Shown piece after piece: positions 9,252 through 17,232 of a stretch of 22,798 nucleotides of DNA. Under the pieces are notes generated by a model. It was not told the origin of the DNA and made no database searches. It saw only the letters and a program-made list of their open reading frames with translations. The stretch comes from Chlamydiota bacterium. GTDB lineage: Bacteria; Chlamydiota; Chlamydiia; Chlamydiales; SM23-39. How positions within the stretch are numbered: the stretch's first letter is position 1; every line of letters starts with the position of its first letter. Position numbers and translations under genes: made by a program. The stretch lies in NCBI GenBank assembly GCA_038534095.1, contig JBCAXK010000026.1:1-22798 (forward strand). The letters are read 5' to 3'.

Positions 9252-9673
9252 AAGCTCAAAGGGAAGCTATAGGCATGTCTTTGAGGATCGATCCGTTGTA
9301 TATGTTTGGAGCTGCTTGCGTCCGAATGCTTGATCACGCAGCTTTCTCCCACAAACCATAGCTTATGAATGTGCGTCTTGCCAAGCAGCGTAATGATGTA
9401 ACGGAGCGCTTTTCGACTCTTCGATTTATTGTAGCCTTGAGGGATGAGAAACACTTCATCGACAGAAACGCTAAAAGTGATCGTGACGGAGAAATCTTCC
9501 TCATCGGAGTACGTTCTTAGCGTTCCTAACGTTGTTGCTTGCGTGGCTATTTTTGTTTGCTCTGGCGTCTTTGAATAGATGATCGCGTAGCGCTCTAAAG
9601 AAGGGGCCTTAGGATTCTTTTCTGAGGAATAGTTCACGCTAGAAGCGGAACATGGTAGGCAGGTGACTGTCAT
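9242..9673 (-). CDS. Hypothetical protein (orphan, about 143 aa)
   Basis: Fills the gap between the CT274-like gene and the dnaA leader, on the same strand. ATG at 9673 lies 11 nt after the CT274-like stop. No recognisable motif. Confidence 0.6.
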   Translation of the reverse strand: MTVTCLPCSASSVNYSSEKNPKAPSLERYAIIYSKTPEQTKIATQATTLGTLRTYSDEEDFSVTITFSVSVDEVFLIPQGYNKSKSRKALRYIITLLGKTHIHKLWFVGESCVIKHSDASSSKHIQRIDPQRHAYSFPLSFYL

Positions 9674-9684
9674 CTTATGATTCG

Positions 9685-10074
9685 CTATTGATAGCTGATG
9701 GCTAAAGCGGCCGCTTTTTTTGCAATATGAGGATCTACACAATTCTCGAGCTCTTTCGACTGGAGGTAGGCTTGCCTTTTGTGCCCAAGGGCGTAAAGAG
9801 CTTTTGCTCTATTGAGCAAAGAGGGGTAATGGTCGGGGACCATAGAAAGGGCTCTTTCTAGATGGTGAAGAGCTTCTGCGTTGTTGTTTGTTTGTAGATA
9901 GAGGGCGCCGATTGTTTGTAAATCATAGGCTAAGGTGGGAGGAACGACGATAAGCGCCTGGAAAATGGTTAGCGCGATCTCATAAGAGCCTTGCTGCAAA
10001 TAGGAGTATCCCACATAACGAAGGTCTTCTAATTCTTCTTTCGACCAGTGGAGAATTTTTTGCCAGTTCATCAT
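9685..10074 (-). CDS. TPR protein, CT274-like (SycD/LcrH-type type III secretion chaperone-like)
   Basis: WQKILHWSKEELEDLRYVGYSYLQQGSY..YDLQTIGALYLQ..LLNRAKAL matches my recollection of chlamydial CT274. TPR pattern; position next to dnaA; start overlaps the upstream stop. Confidence 0.85.
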   Translation of the reverse strand: MMNWQKILHWSKEELEDLRYVGYSYLQQGSYEIALTIFQALIVVPPTLAYDLQTIGALYLQTNNNAEALHHLERALSMVPDHYPSLLNRAKALYALGHKRQAYLQSKELENCVDPHIAKKAAALAISYQ

Positions 10075-10574
10075 CAGCCCTTGTGGTATTGATTGCGAAG
10101 CATGTTCACAAGTTGGAGATCTTTATCGAGTTTTTGTAAGAGGAGAAGTAAATTTTCAATAGCAGATCTCTCCCCTTCTTCCTCTTTATCATCCATAGAA
10201 AACGGTTTTTCCGATTGTTCCTTTTTTTTCTTTTTCCTTTTGCGCATCCGTTCGAGCTTCTCGAGCAACATTTCCTGTTTTTCTGCTCCTCCCATGCTCG
10301 GGATGAGCTGGTAGGTGAAAAGCCCTTTTAAGGAAGCGAAGTAGCCTGGAGGGGGGAGAAAATCGGCCCAAGGTTCATTGTGACGATTTGTTCCGTAACG
10401 TAATTGAAAATCGGCCCAAGTTGGTTGATAGGGAGCGTGGGGGTGAACGGTGGTGGAATTGGCAACAAAATGCCCCTCTTGAACAGGGAGGTCGCCCGAT
10501 CTTTTCTGGTTGTTGATGTAATCTAGAGATACTTCAGGCCCTAAATCATCAATGGTTTTTGGTTTGACGCTCAT
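10074..10574 (-). CDS. Chlamydia-specific conserved protein, CT273/DUF5399-like
   Basis: WADFLPPPGY..YQLIPSMG, an acidic patch and C-terminal NQYHKG resemble CT273. Conserved position between the CT274-like gene and the dcw operon. AAGGGG RBS upstream. Confidence 0.8.
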   Translation of the reverse strand: MSVKPKTIDDLGPEVSLDYINNQKRSGDLPVQEGHFVANSTTVHPHAPYQPTWADFQLRYGTNRHNEPWADFLPPPGYFASLKGLFTYQLIPSMGGAEKQEMLLEKLERMRKRKKKKKEQSEKPFSMDDKEEEGERSAIENLLLLLQKLDKDLQLVNMLRNQYHKG

Positions 10575-10601
10575 AAAAAGTGCCCCTTAATTCATTCCTT
10601 T

Positions 10602-10630
10602 ACTATAACAATATAGCCTATTTTTTGCGA
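10602..10630 (-). promoter_or_regulatory. Putative promoter of the CT273-CT274(-orphan-dnaA) transcript
   Basis: Minus strand: TCGCAA - 17 bp - TATAGT, with an extended -10 TG (TGTTATAGT), about 28 nt above the ATG at 10574. Confidence 0.55.
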
Positions 10631-10770
10631 CACTTCTCGCTAGCGGGTAGGCCTTTCTATCGTGGGCGATATTGTAGGAAAAATCCTTCTTTCTGAGATT
10701 TTTCTTGGTCTTTAGTAGAAATCTGTTTTAAAATGTTTGGGATTTTAGCTTGGATTCCTACTCAAGAGAG

Positions 10771-11019
10771 TTTTGCACAGACTTTCCCACAGGCTCCCAG
10801 TGGCCTATTTTCACGCTGAAAAGTTTTTGCCAGGCTGCCAGCGTTAGATGCTTTTGTTGATGATTGGACAAACAATTATGAACAATTGTTTTCATAGTTC
10901 CTTAATTCCTCTGTTTTTTTGTATAAACTTTTTATTTTAAGTAACTTGCAAAGATTTTTTTCTCATTGTTTTCTGCCTCTTTGTTTTGTTTATGAACAAA
11001 TTTCCCACAATTTCCCACC
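10771..11019. promoter_or_regulatory. AT-rich cluster of DnaA-box-like 9-mers (candidate oriC or DnaA-binding element)
   Basis: TTTTGCACA 10771-10779 is a perfect TTWTNCACA. TTTCCCACA 10783-10791 and 11001-11009, TTATGAACA 10876-10884 and 10990-10998, and minus-strand TTATACAAA 10918-10926 each have 1 mismatch. Long T-rich tracts lie between them. Confidence 0.45.
11001..11019 (-). repeat. Upstream, reverse-oriented pair of GTGGGAAA repeats (MraZ-box-like)
   Basis: TTTCCCACA-A-TTTCCCACC with a 10-bp period; it is the inverted counterpart of 11124-11142. Confidence 0.7.
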
Positions 11020-11095
11020 AAAAAAACCTAGAGCCTAATCTTGTTGATTGAGAAAGGTTTACGGGATTTTTTTCTAAAATATTCTCCAAAACCTA

Positions 11096-11124
11096 TTGCC
11101 AACATGCTTTCCCTTTCGTAAGAT
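11096..11124 (+). promoter_or_regulatory. sigma66/sigma70 promoter of the mraZ/dcw operon
   Basis: TTGCCA (11096-11101) - 17 bp - TAAGAT (11119-11124). Confidence 0.7.
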
Positions 11125-11149
11125 GTGGGAAAATGTGGGAAAAACGGGT
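11124..11149 (+). promoter_or_regulatory. MraZ operator (direct repeats overlapping the predicted transcription start)
   Basis: TGTGGGAAAA TGTGGGAAAA ACGGGT: GTGGG/TGGG repeats with a 10-nt period directly upstream of mraZ, the known architecture of MraZ binding repeats in E. coli and Bacillus. Confidence 0.8.
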
Positions 11150-11151
11150 AG

Positions 11152-11691
11152 ATGCACTTTTTTAGCGGATCGTGGAACGCAAAACTAGATGAAAAGGGGC
11201 GCTTTGTCTTGCCAAGCTCTCTTCGCTACGGGCTTGTAGAGGATGGAGAGATTCAGGTCTTCTTGGGCCTCGGTTTAGGCGGGTGTCTTGCGATTTACAA
11301 ACGCTCTGATGTGGAGAGCATGGTCAGAAGGTTTCAGAAAAAGCAGCACCTTGCAAAGTACCAACCATTTTTCACCACCTTTTTTTCCAGCCTACAAAAA
11401 ATCTCCCCAGATAAAGTTGGGAGAGTCACGATTCCTGGATTTTTGCGTCAAGCCGCCGGCATTGGGAAAGAGATCATCATTGCAGGAGTGATTGACAAGC
11501 TCGAGATTTGGCCAGAAGAAGTGCACGAAAAAAGAATGCAAGCGTTCGTTTCTGGAGAAGAAGGGGGCACTCTCGCAGAAGAAGCGTTCGCTCTTTTAGG
11601 AGCCGATGAGGAAGATCTTGCTGCGCCTAAGGGTTCCTTAGAATCTCTTATGGACGCATGCTCTCGAAAAGGAGCAGGAGATCCAGCCTGA
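11152..11691 (+). CDS. mraZ: Division/cell-wall cluster transcriptional repressor MraZ
   Basis: Two DxxGR motifs (LDEKGRFVLP, DKVGRVTIP), GVIDKLEIW, first gene of the dcw operon; acidic C-terminal extension. Confidence 0.95.
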   Translation: MHFFSGSWNAKLDEKGRFVLPSSLRYGLVEDGEIQVFLGLGLGGCLAIYKRSDVESMVRRFQKKQHLAKYQPFFTTFFSSLQKISPDKVGRVTIPGFLRQAAGIGKEIIIAGVIDKLEIWPEEVHEKRMQAFVSGEEGGTLAEEAFALLGADEEDLAAPKGSLESLMDACSRKGAGDPA

Positions 11692-12599
11692 TGAACCAAC
11701 TCCATATCCCTGTGTTGCAAGATGAAATTTTACAAGCGCTAGATGAAAAAAAACTCCGACTCTTTTGCGACGCTACGGTGGGTAATGGGGGGCATGCGCG
11801 CGCAATTTTAGAAGCGCATCCAGAAATTGTGACCTATTTTGCTCTCGATCAAGATAAAAGCGCCCTAGCTCTTGCTAAGACCTCTCTTGACGAGTACGAG
11901 GAAAAAACCCAATTTGTCCACGCCAATTTTTCTACCCTAGCCTCTCTTGTAGAGGAAAAACTGGGGCAAAAAATGGACGGGGTTCTATTTGACTTGGGCG
12001 TATCTTCTATGCAGCTTGATCAAAATGCCGACGGGTTTGTTCGTCGGGGCTTTAGTTTTTTGCGCAACGCCCCATTAGATATGCGCATGAATGAAGAAAA
12101 TCCCCTAACGGCAGAAGAGGTGGTCAACGAATACCCTGAGAAAAAACTGGGTGAAATCTTTAGGGAGTTTGGAGAGGAGCCTTTTTGGAGATCGATTTCA
12201 AAAGCGATCCATCAGTCGAGGAAAAAGAAACGGATCCAGACGACGCTCGAGCTCGTAGAGGTGATTCAAACCGTGAAGAGAAGGAGAGGCCGGCTGCACC
12301 CCGCAACGCTGGTGTTTCAAGCTTTGCGGATTTTTGTCAATGGAGAGCTCAAAGCGTTAGAAGATGGGCTCAATGAAACGATCCCTCAGCTCAATGAGGA
12401 GGGGATCTTATTTGTCATTTCCTTTCATAGCTTGGAGGATCGGATTGTTAAGCAGGTCTTTCGAAAGCATGCGAAAGAGGATGATCAGCTCCACATTGTC
12501 ACCAAAAAGCCTTTGACAGCAGGCCGCAAGGAAATCCGGCAAAATCCAAGAGCACGCTCAGCAAAGTTACGCATCTTAGAAAGGAGGGGCGCATCATGA
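11691..12599 (+). CDS. rsmH: 16S rRNA m4C1402 methyltransferase RsmH (MraW)
   Basis: HIPVL, DATVGNGGH, DLGVSSMQLD, PLDMRM, FQALRIFVN, ISFHSLEDRIVK, NPRARSAKLR. Start at ATG 11691 overlaps the mraZ TGA. Confidence 0.97.
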   Translation: MNQLHIPVLQDEILQALDEKKLRLFCDATVGNGGHARAILEAHPEIVTYFALDQDKSALALAKTSLDEYEEKTQFVHANFSTLASLVEEKLGQKMDGVLFDLGVSSMQLDQNADGFVRRGFSFLRNAPLDMRMNEENPLTAEEVVNEYPEKKLGEIFREFGEEPFWRSISKAIHQSRKKKRIQTTLELVEVIQTVKRRRGRLHPATLVFQALRIFVNGELKALEDGLNETIPQLNEEGILFVISFHSLEDRIVKQVFRKHAKEDDQLHIVTKKPLTAGRKEIRQNPRARSAKLRILERRGAS

Positions 12600-12904
12600 A
12601 ACAGATAGGCTGGCACTACGTCGTCGTGATCGTTATTTTAGGTCTTTGTCTTGTCTTTTATGTGGACCAGCAAAACAAACTTGCCTACTTGCGGATGCAA
12701 ATTCCTAAAGAAAAAGAGGAAATCCAAGAGCTTTTAGAAGAGATCTCTGCGCTGCAGTATGGGATTGATCAGTTTGAAAGCCCGGCGCATCTCATGGATA
12801 TTGCGCAGAATCCCGAATTTCGTCATCTAGAACATCCAACTATGCGTGACATCTTGTCGATGGGCGAAGGGTACGCTCTTCAGTGGGATGGATCTGCTCA
12901 CTAG
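12596..12904 (+). CDS. ftsL: Cell division protein FtsL-like (CT271-like)
   Basis: 102 aa with a single N-terminal TM helix followed by a coiled coil and FESPAHL; located between rsmH and ftsI, with an ATGA overlap. Confidence 0.85.
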   Translation: MKQIGWHYVVVIVILGLCLVFYVDQQNKLAYLRMQIPKEKEEIQELLEEISALQYGIDQFESPAHLMDIAQNPEFRHLEHPTMRDILSMGEGYALQWDGSAH

Positions 12905-12914
12905 GAAAGAGTCG

Positions 12915-14903
12915 ATGGGAAGTGTCAACCCTCTCAAGGGCGCTAGGAACGTCTCCTCATCTGAAAAAAAACGGCTTGTCTTAGTAGGCGTCTTTCTTGC
13001 GTCTCTCTACTCTCTCCTTGTGATCAAATTCTATCAGATTCAGATTTTAGAACATGATAAATGGGCAACGCTCGCTAATCGACAACATAAAAAAATCGTT
13101 TACGAGCCTTTCCGAAGGGGGAGCTTTTACGCGAATGGATCGGTGAAAAAAGGGCATCCAGAAAGACCACAAAAACTGGTGTTTGATGTCCCGAAAGTGC
13201 ATCTTTTTGCCGATCCGAGCCTGTTTTCTTCTGCCCAAAAAACGTGCGTATTACAAAACATGGCGCAGACATTCTCCCTAAGTGACGAGGCGGCTCTTTT
13301 TGCAAAAGAGCAGTTTGCAAAACAGTCTCGTAATCGCAAGCTCGCTGCTTGGATCGATCCCTCTTTGCAAGAAACGTTCGAAGCTTGGTGGCGCTCTTAC
13401 GCAAAAAGAGAAAAGCTTCCTAAAAATGGGATCTACTTTGTCAAAGATTTTAAGCGCTCCTACCCTTTTGGGTCTCTTTTAGGTGCTTTGCTCCATACCG
13501 TTCAAGAGCAAAAAGATCCTGCAACGGGCCAGAGTATTCCCACAGGAGGTCTTGAAATGAAGTTTGATCAGTATCTTCGGGGAAAGCGGGGTAAGAAGTG
13601 GATCTATCGATCCAATAGGCGCGTTCTTAGTCATGAAAAGCGGATACAAGTCCCCGAAAACGGAGCTGATATCTACCTCACGATCAACCACTATTTGCAG
13701 GCTATTTCTGAAAAGTACTTAGAAGAGGGAGTCAAAAGGTGTAACGCAAAAGGGGGATGGTCTCTACTCATGGACCCTTATACAGGAGACGTTTTAGCCA
13801 TTGCGCAGTACCCCCCGTTTGATGTGAGAAACTATCCGAAGTACTTTGCAGATCCTCTGATGGAAGAGCGGACCAAGCTTAAAGCGGTGACCGATGCGTT
13901 CGAACCGGGATCGACTTTCAAAGCCATCACGATGATGATGGCGCTAAAGGCCAATCAAGAGCGCAGCGCAGCAAAGATGGACACCCTTTTTTCTCCAGAA
14001 GAGAAAATGCCGACAAAGATAGGTTCCTTCCCAGACACAAAGTATCGGCTCAAAGATGGACGAACAAGGCGTCATCAAAACATGTATATGGCGATCCAAA
14101 AATCGTCCAATATCTATGTAGGGAAATTGATGGAAAAAATGCTCACAACGTTTGGTCCGACTTGGATTCGGGAGAGCTATACTGAGGTCTTTGGTTTTGG
14201 AAAAAAAACAGGAATCGAAGTGCCTGCAGAGGCTTGCGGACAAATCCCTACTCCAGGGAGATTGCACCCCAACGGAACCTTAGAGTGGTCAAAACCCACT
14301 CCTTATGCTCTTGCTTGTGGGCATAATATTCTCGTCAATAGCGTCCAGATGGTGAGAGCTTATGCCATGATTGCTAATGGAGGATTTTTTGTGCAGCCAA
14401 AGCTGATTAAAAAAATTGTCCGTCAAAATAACGGAGAGGAGGAGATGCTTTATGAAGCCCCTACCGAAAAGCAAGAAAGAAGGCTCTCTAAGGAAACGGT
14501 GGAAGAGATGAAACGTGCGCTTAGATTCACGACAACCTTTGGAGGCACCTCCCCAAGGGCCGATATCGCAGGGTTCACAGAAGCAGGGAAATCGGGCACT
14601 TCGGAAAAAATTGTTGGTGGGCGCTACTCAAAAACGAAATACATCTCTTCTTTTTGCGGGTTTGCCCCCATGGATAAGCCTGCTTTTGTGCTATTTGTGG
14701 TGATGGATGAGCCAGAAAAGAAATACATTCCAGGAGTGGGTAAAAACTACATGGGAGGCACCTGCGCAGGCCCCGTTTTTGCTGCCATCGGAAAAGAAAC
14801 CCTGAGGTATTTAGGGGTAAGTCCCGACGATCCTGAGAAAACTCATTGGAAAAAAGAAACGCGCGATTTACGCAAGCTGGATAAGGAGTGGAATTTTTCA
14901 TGA
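12915..14903 (+). CDS. ftsI: Penicillin-binding protein 3 (class B transpeptidase FtsI)
   Basis: N-terminal TM, RGSFY, RSYPFG, GGLE, SxxK (EPGSTFK), SxN (KSSN), KSG (GKSGTS). Start at ATG 12915 follows AGGAAAG. Confidence 0.95.
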   Translation: MGSVNPLKGARNVSSSEKKRLVLVGVFLASLYSLLVIKFYQIQILEHDKWATLANRQHKKIVYEPFRRGSFYANGSVKKGHPERPQKLVFDVPKVHLFADPSLFSSAQKTCVLQNMAQTFSLSDEAALFAKEQFAKQSRNRKLAAWIDPSLQETFEAWWRSYAKREKLPKNGIYFVKDFKRSYPFGSLLGALLHTVQEQKDPATGQSIPTGGLEMKFDQYLRGKRGKKWIYRSNRRVLSHEKRIQVPENGADIYLTINHYLQAISEKYLEEGVKRCNAKGGWSLLMDPYTGDVLAIAQYPPFDVRNYPKYFADPLMEERTKLKAVTDAFEPGSTFKAITMMMALKANQERSAAKMDTLFSPEEKMPTKIGSFPDTKYRLKDGRTRRHQNMYMAIQKSSNIYVGKLMEKMLTTFGPTWIRESYTEVFGFGKKTGIEVPAEACGQIPTPGRLHPNGTLEWSKPTPYALACGHNILVNSVQMVRAYAMIANGGFFVQPKLIKKIVRQNNGEEEMLYEAPTEKQERRLSKETVEEMKRALRFTTTFGGTSPRADIAGFTEAGKSGTSEKIVGGRYSKTKYISSFCGFAPMDKPAFVLFVVMDEPEKKYIPGVGKNYMGGTCAGPVFAAIGKETLRYLGVSPDDPEKTHWKKETRDLRKLDKEWNFS

Positions 14904-16324
14904 GGATCAAGCAGCTGATTCGGGGACTTCCGATCACGATAAAAACGGCAAAAGATGTGCTCGTTACAGGCCTTTGTGAAGACTCTCGAAAAATTCTTCC
15001 AGGCCATCTATTCATCGCACGTAAGGGGGCCCGGTTTGATGGGAACAAGATGATTCCTCACGCTGTAAAAAACGGGGCTTGCGCAATTTTAACAGATATT
15101 TATGATCCCTTTATTCCAGTAGCTCAGCTCATCACCGAAAAAGTAGAGGAGGTCGTACCTAAGCTCGCAGCGAGGTATTACCATAACCCCTCAAAACAAC
15201 TACAGGTGATTGGGATCACTGGCACAAACGGGAAAACGACAACGAGCTATATTTTGCGCCACTTATTGGAGGGGCTATCGGTCCCTTTAGGCCTTTTAGG
15301 CACAATCGAAAAGTGGAGGAAGGGGTGCTACGTACCTGCTAAGCTCACAACAGACGACATTGTCACCAATCAGCAACATCTCTCAGAGATGGTGGCGCAT
15401 AAAAAAAGGGCGGCAATTATGGAAGTCTCTTCCCACGCTTTAGCCCAAAAACGGGTGGAAGGCATCGCGTTTCATGGAGCGATTTTTACCAATTTGTCAC
15501 AGGATCATATGGATTATCACCATACGATGGAAGAGTACGCCTCGGTAAAAAAACAGCTGTTTTTATCTCATGGAGCCCGCTTTTCCATCATCAATCAAGA
15601 TGATCCTTACGCCTCTTTCATGAAAAAAGGGCTCACTTCTTCGATCATTACTTATGGGATCGATCAAGGCGCAGATGTGATGGCAATCCCCATCGAAAGT
15701 ACTTTGTCAGGCAGTAAGTTTCTCGTTTCCTACCAAAGGCAAAAAGTAGAAATGAACCTTCCTCTAATAGGAAGATTCAATATCTACAACGCACTTGCCG
15801 CGATGAGTTACTGCCTTGCGTGTGGGCATTGTCTTGAGAAAATGGGGGAGCTTTTGTTATCGTTTCGAGGAGTCCCTGGAAGAATGGAACAGGTGGCAAA
15901 GAGGGTCTTTGTAGATTTTGCGCACACTCCTGATGGCCTTGAGCGCACTTTGCGCGCGCTACGCGCTCTGACGAAAGAGCCAATTGTGGTCGTATTTGGT
16001 TGCGGCGGCAACAGGGATCAAAGCAAACGGGCTCTTATGGCAAAGATCGCCGAAAGGTACGCCGATCGGGTGATTGTTACGAGCGATAATCCCAGACTAG
16101 AGGATCCAGAAGCCATTATTCAGGAGATCGTTCAAGGGTTTTCCCAGAAAGGGCACAAGATCTACAAAGACCGTAAAGAAGCGATCTGGAAAGGAGCTGC
16201 GCAAATCAAACAAGAGGGCATTTTACTCATTGCTGGGAAAGGGCACGAAAAAACGCAAGAATTTGCGCATAAAACGCTCCCTTTTGATGATGTAGCGATT
16301 GCAAAAGAGGCGATACGTTCATGA
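14900..16324 (+). CDS. murE: UDP-MurNAc-L-Ala-D-Glu:meso-diaminopimelate ligase
   Basis: GITGTNGKTT, MEVSSH, FTNLSQDHMDYH, DFAHTPD, FGCGGNRD, DNPR (meso-DAP specificity), AGKGHE. AAGGAG RBS and ATGA overlap with ftsI. Confidence 0.97.
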   Translation: MRIKQLIRGLPITIKTAKDVLVTGLCEDSRKILPGHLFIARKGARFDGNKMIPHAVKNGACAILTDIYDPFIPVAQLITEKVEEVVPKLAARYYHNPSKQLQVIGITGTNGKTTTSYILRHLLEGLSVPLGLLGTIEKWRKGCYVPAKLTTDDIVTNQQHLSEMVAHKKRAAIMEVSSHALAQKRVEGIAFHGAIFTNLSQDHMDYHHTMEEYASVKKQLFLSHGARFSIINQDDPYASFMKKGLTSSIITYGIDQGADVMAIPIESTLSGSKFLVSYQRQKVEMNLPLIGRFNIYNALAAMSYCLACGHCLEKMGELLLSFRGVPGRMEQVAKRVFVDFAHTPDGLERTLRALRALTKEPIVVVFGCGGNRDQSKRALMAKIAERYADRVIVTSDNPRLEDPEAIIQEIVQGFSQKGHKIYKDRKEAIWKGAAQIKQEGILLIAGKGHEKTQEFAHKTLPFDDVAIAKEAIRS

Positions 16325-16950
16325 AGCACATGCTCACGATTCTTTTTTTTCTTCTAACCGCTTTTTCCGAGCCGCAGACTCTTTTTGCAAAAAAGATGAC
16401 CATCATCATTGATCCAGGTCATGGAGGTAAAAATATTGGCGCTAGACAAAGCCAGCCCTATTGCGAAGAAAAAAAAATTTGTCTCATTACAGCCCTTCTA
16501 GCAAAAAAACATTTGCAAAAACTGGGGTACCATGTTGTTTTGACGCGCAAATCGGACGTGTTTGTATCGTTAGAAAAGCGGGTTGCTATTGCAAAACAGT
16601 CGAAAGGGGATCTCTTTGTGAGCGTGCATTATAACGCGTCTAAAAATAAGCGAGCAAAAGGAATAGAAATTTTTTACTACCCTTCTAAACGTTCCAAGAA
16701 AAAGACGAATAAGTCAAAAAAATTGGCGGAATATGTCTTATTGTCTGTGATCAAAAAAACAAAAGCCCCCTCTCGCGGCGTGAAAAAGGGGAATTTTCAT
16801 GTGATTCGTAACACCACGATGCCTGCGGTTTTGCTCGAAGGAGGCTTTATTTCTAACGTGCAAGAAAGAAAGAAGCTTCGATCGAAAGCCTACATCAATA
16901 AGATTGCAAAAGCCCTTGCTGAAGGGATTCATCGCTATGTCAAAGCGTAA
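16321..16950 (+). CDS. amiA: N-acetylmuramoyl-L-alanine amidase (Amidase_3), chlamydial AmiA
   Basis: Signal peptide; IDPGHGG, EK, FVSVHYNA, PAVLLEGGFISN zinc-amidase motifs; directly after murE, as in chlamydiae. Confidence 0.93.
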   Translation: MKHMLTILFFLLTAFSEPQTLFAKKMTIIIDPGHGGKNIGARQSQPYCEEKKICLITALLAKKHLQKLGYHVVLTRKSDVFVSLEKRVAIAKQSKGDLFVSVHYNASKNKRAKGIEIFYYPSKRSKKKTNKSKKLAEYVLLSVIKKTKAPSRGVKKGNFHVIRNTTMPAVLLEGGFISNVQERKKLRSKAYINKIAKALAEGIHRYVKA

Positions 16951-16976
16951 GGACTTGTTTTTCTCAAAAAACTCCT

Positions 16977-16985
16977 TGCTATAAG
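16977..16985 (+). promoter_or_regulatory. Putative extended -10 promoter downstream of amiA
   Basis: TGCTATAAG (TGn + TATAAG), with TTGTTT 19 bp upstream; it would start transcription near 16992. Confidence 0.4.
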
Positions 16986-16991
16986 GGCCTA

Positions 16992-17232
16992 GTCTCTATA
17001 TGTAAGGAAGAAGAGCTTTGGTACTTGTGATTCTTTGTGATCCTCTGATAAAAAGCGCAAAAGTCCTGCAAAACCGAGGTAGGACAGCTCTTTTTCCAGG
17101 AAAGAGAAACGGTTTCTTCACCGTTTTTCCTGTAAATATTGGGCTTATGAAAAAGCGCTTAAGAGCCTTCATGAGAGAAGGTAAAGAACCTCTAAAGAGG
17201 ATTGGAGATAGCTCTTTTGTGTAAGAGAACCT
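16992..17232 (+). ncRNA. Candidate structured RNA (sRNA or gnd leader), family not recognised
   Basis: 12-bp closing stem 17006-17017/17086-17097, inner stem 17063-17069/17079-17085, hairpin 17097-17132, and a second multibranch domain 17161-17216. Confidence 0.4.
17097..17132 (+). terminator. Intrinsic terminator-like hairpin
   Basis: AAACGGT-ttcttc-ACCGTTT followed by TT, extendable by CAGGAA/TTCCTG. Confidence 0.5.

Noticed and set aside
11036..11049. IHF-like site TAATCTTGTTGATT between the inverted repeats
   Set aside because: The spacer is one base longer than the YAANNNNTTGATW consensus, and such matches are common in AT-rich DNA.
10771..11149. Repeats read as a CRISPR array
   Set aside because: The units are only 9 bp, irregularly spaced and in both orientations, and there are no cas genes.
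11658..14899. Longest-ORF starts at 11658 (rsmH), 12846 (ftsI) and 14888 (murE)
   Set aside because: Downstream ATGs at 11691, 12915 and 14900 fit stop/start overlaps or RBS motifs and family N-termini better.
17054..17090. Partial resemblance to the c-di-GMP-I riboswitch (CGCAAAAG...GGTAGGACAGC) and to a hammerhead core (CTGATAA, just upstream at 17045-17051)
   Set aside because: The GGCAAAC/GNRA P1 arm is missing, and the hammerhead CUGANGA..GAAA stems cannot be built.
17018..17224. 68-aa ORF upstream of gnd
   Set aside because: TTG start and no recognisable protein features; it coincides with the hairpin-rich segment, which is better explained as RNA structure. Not fully excluded.
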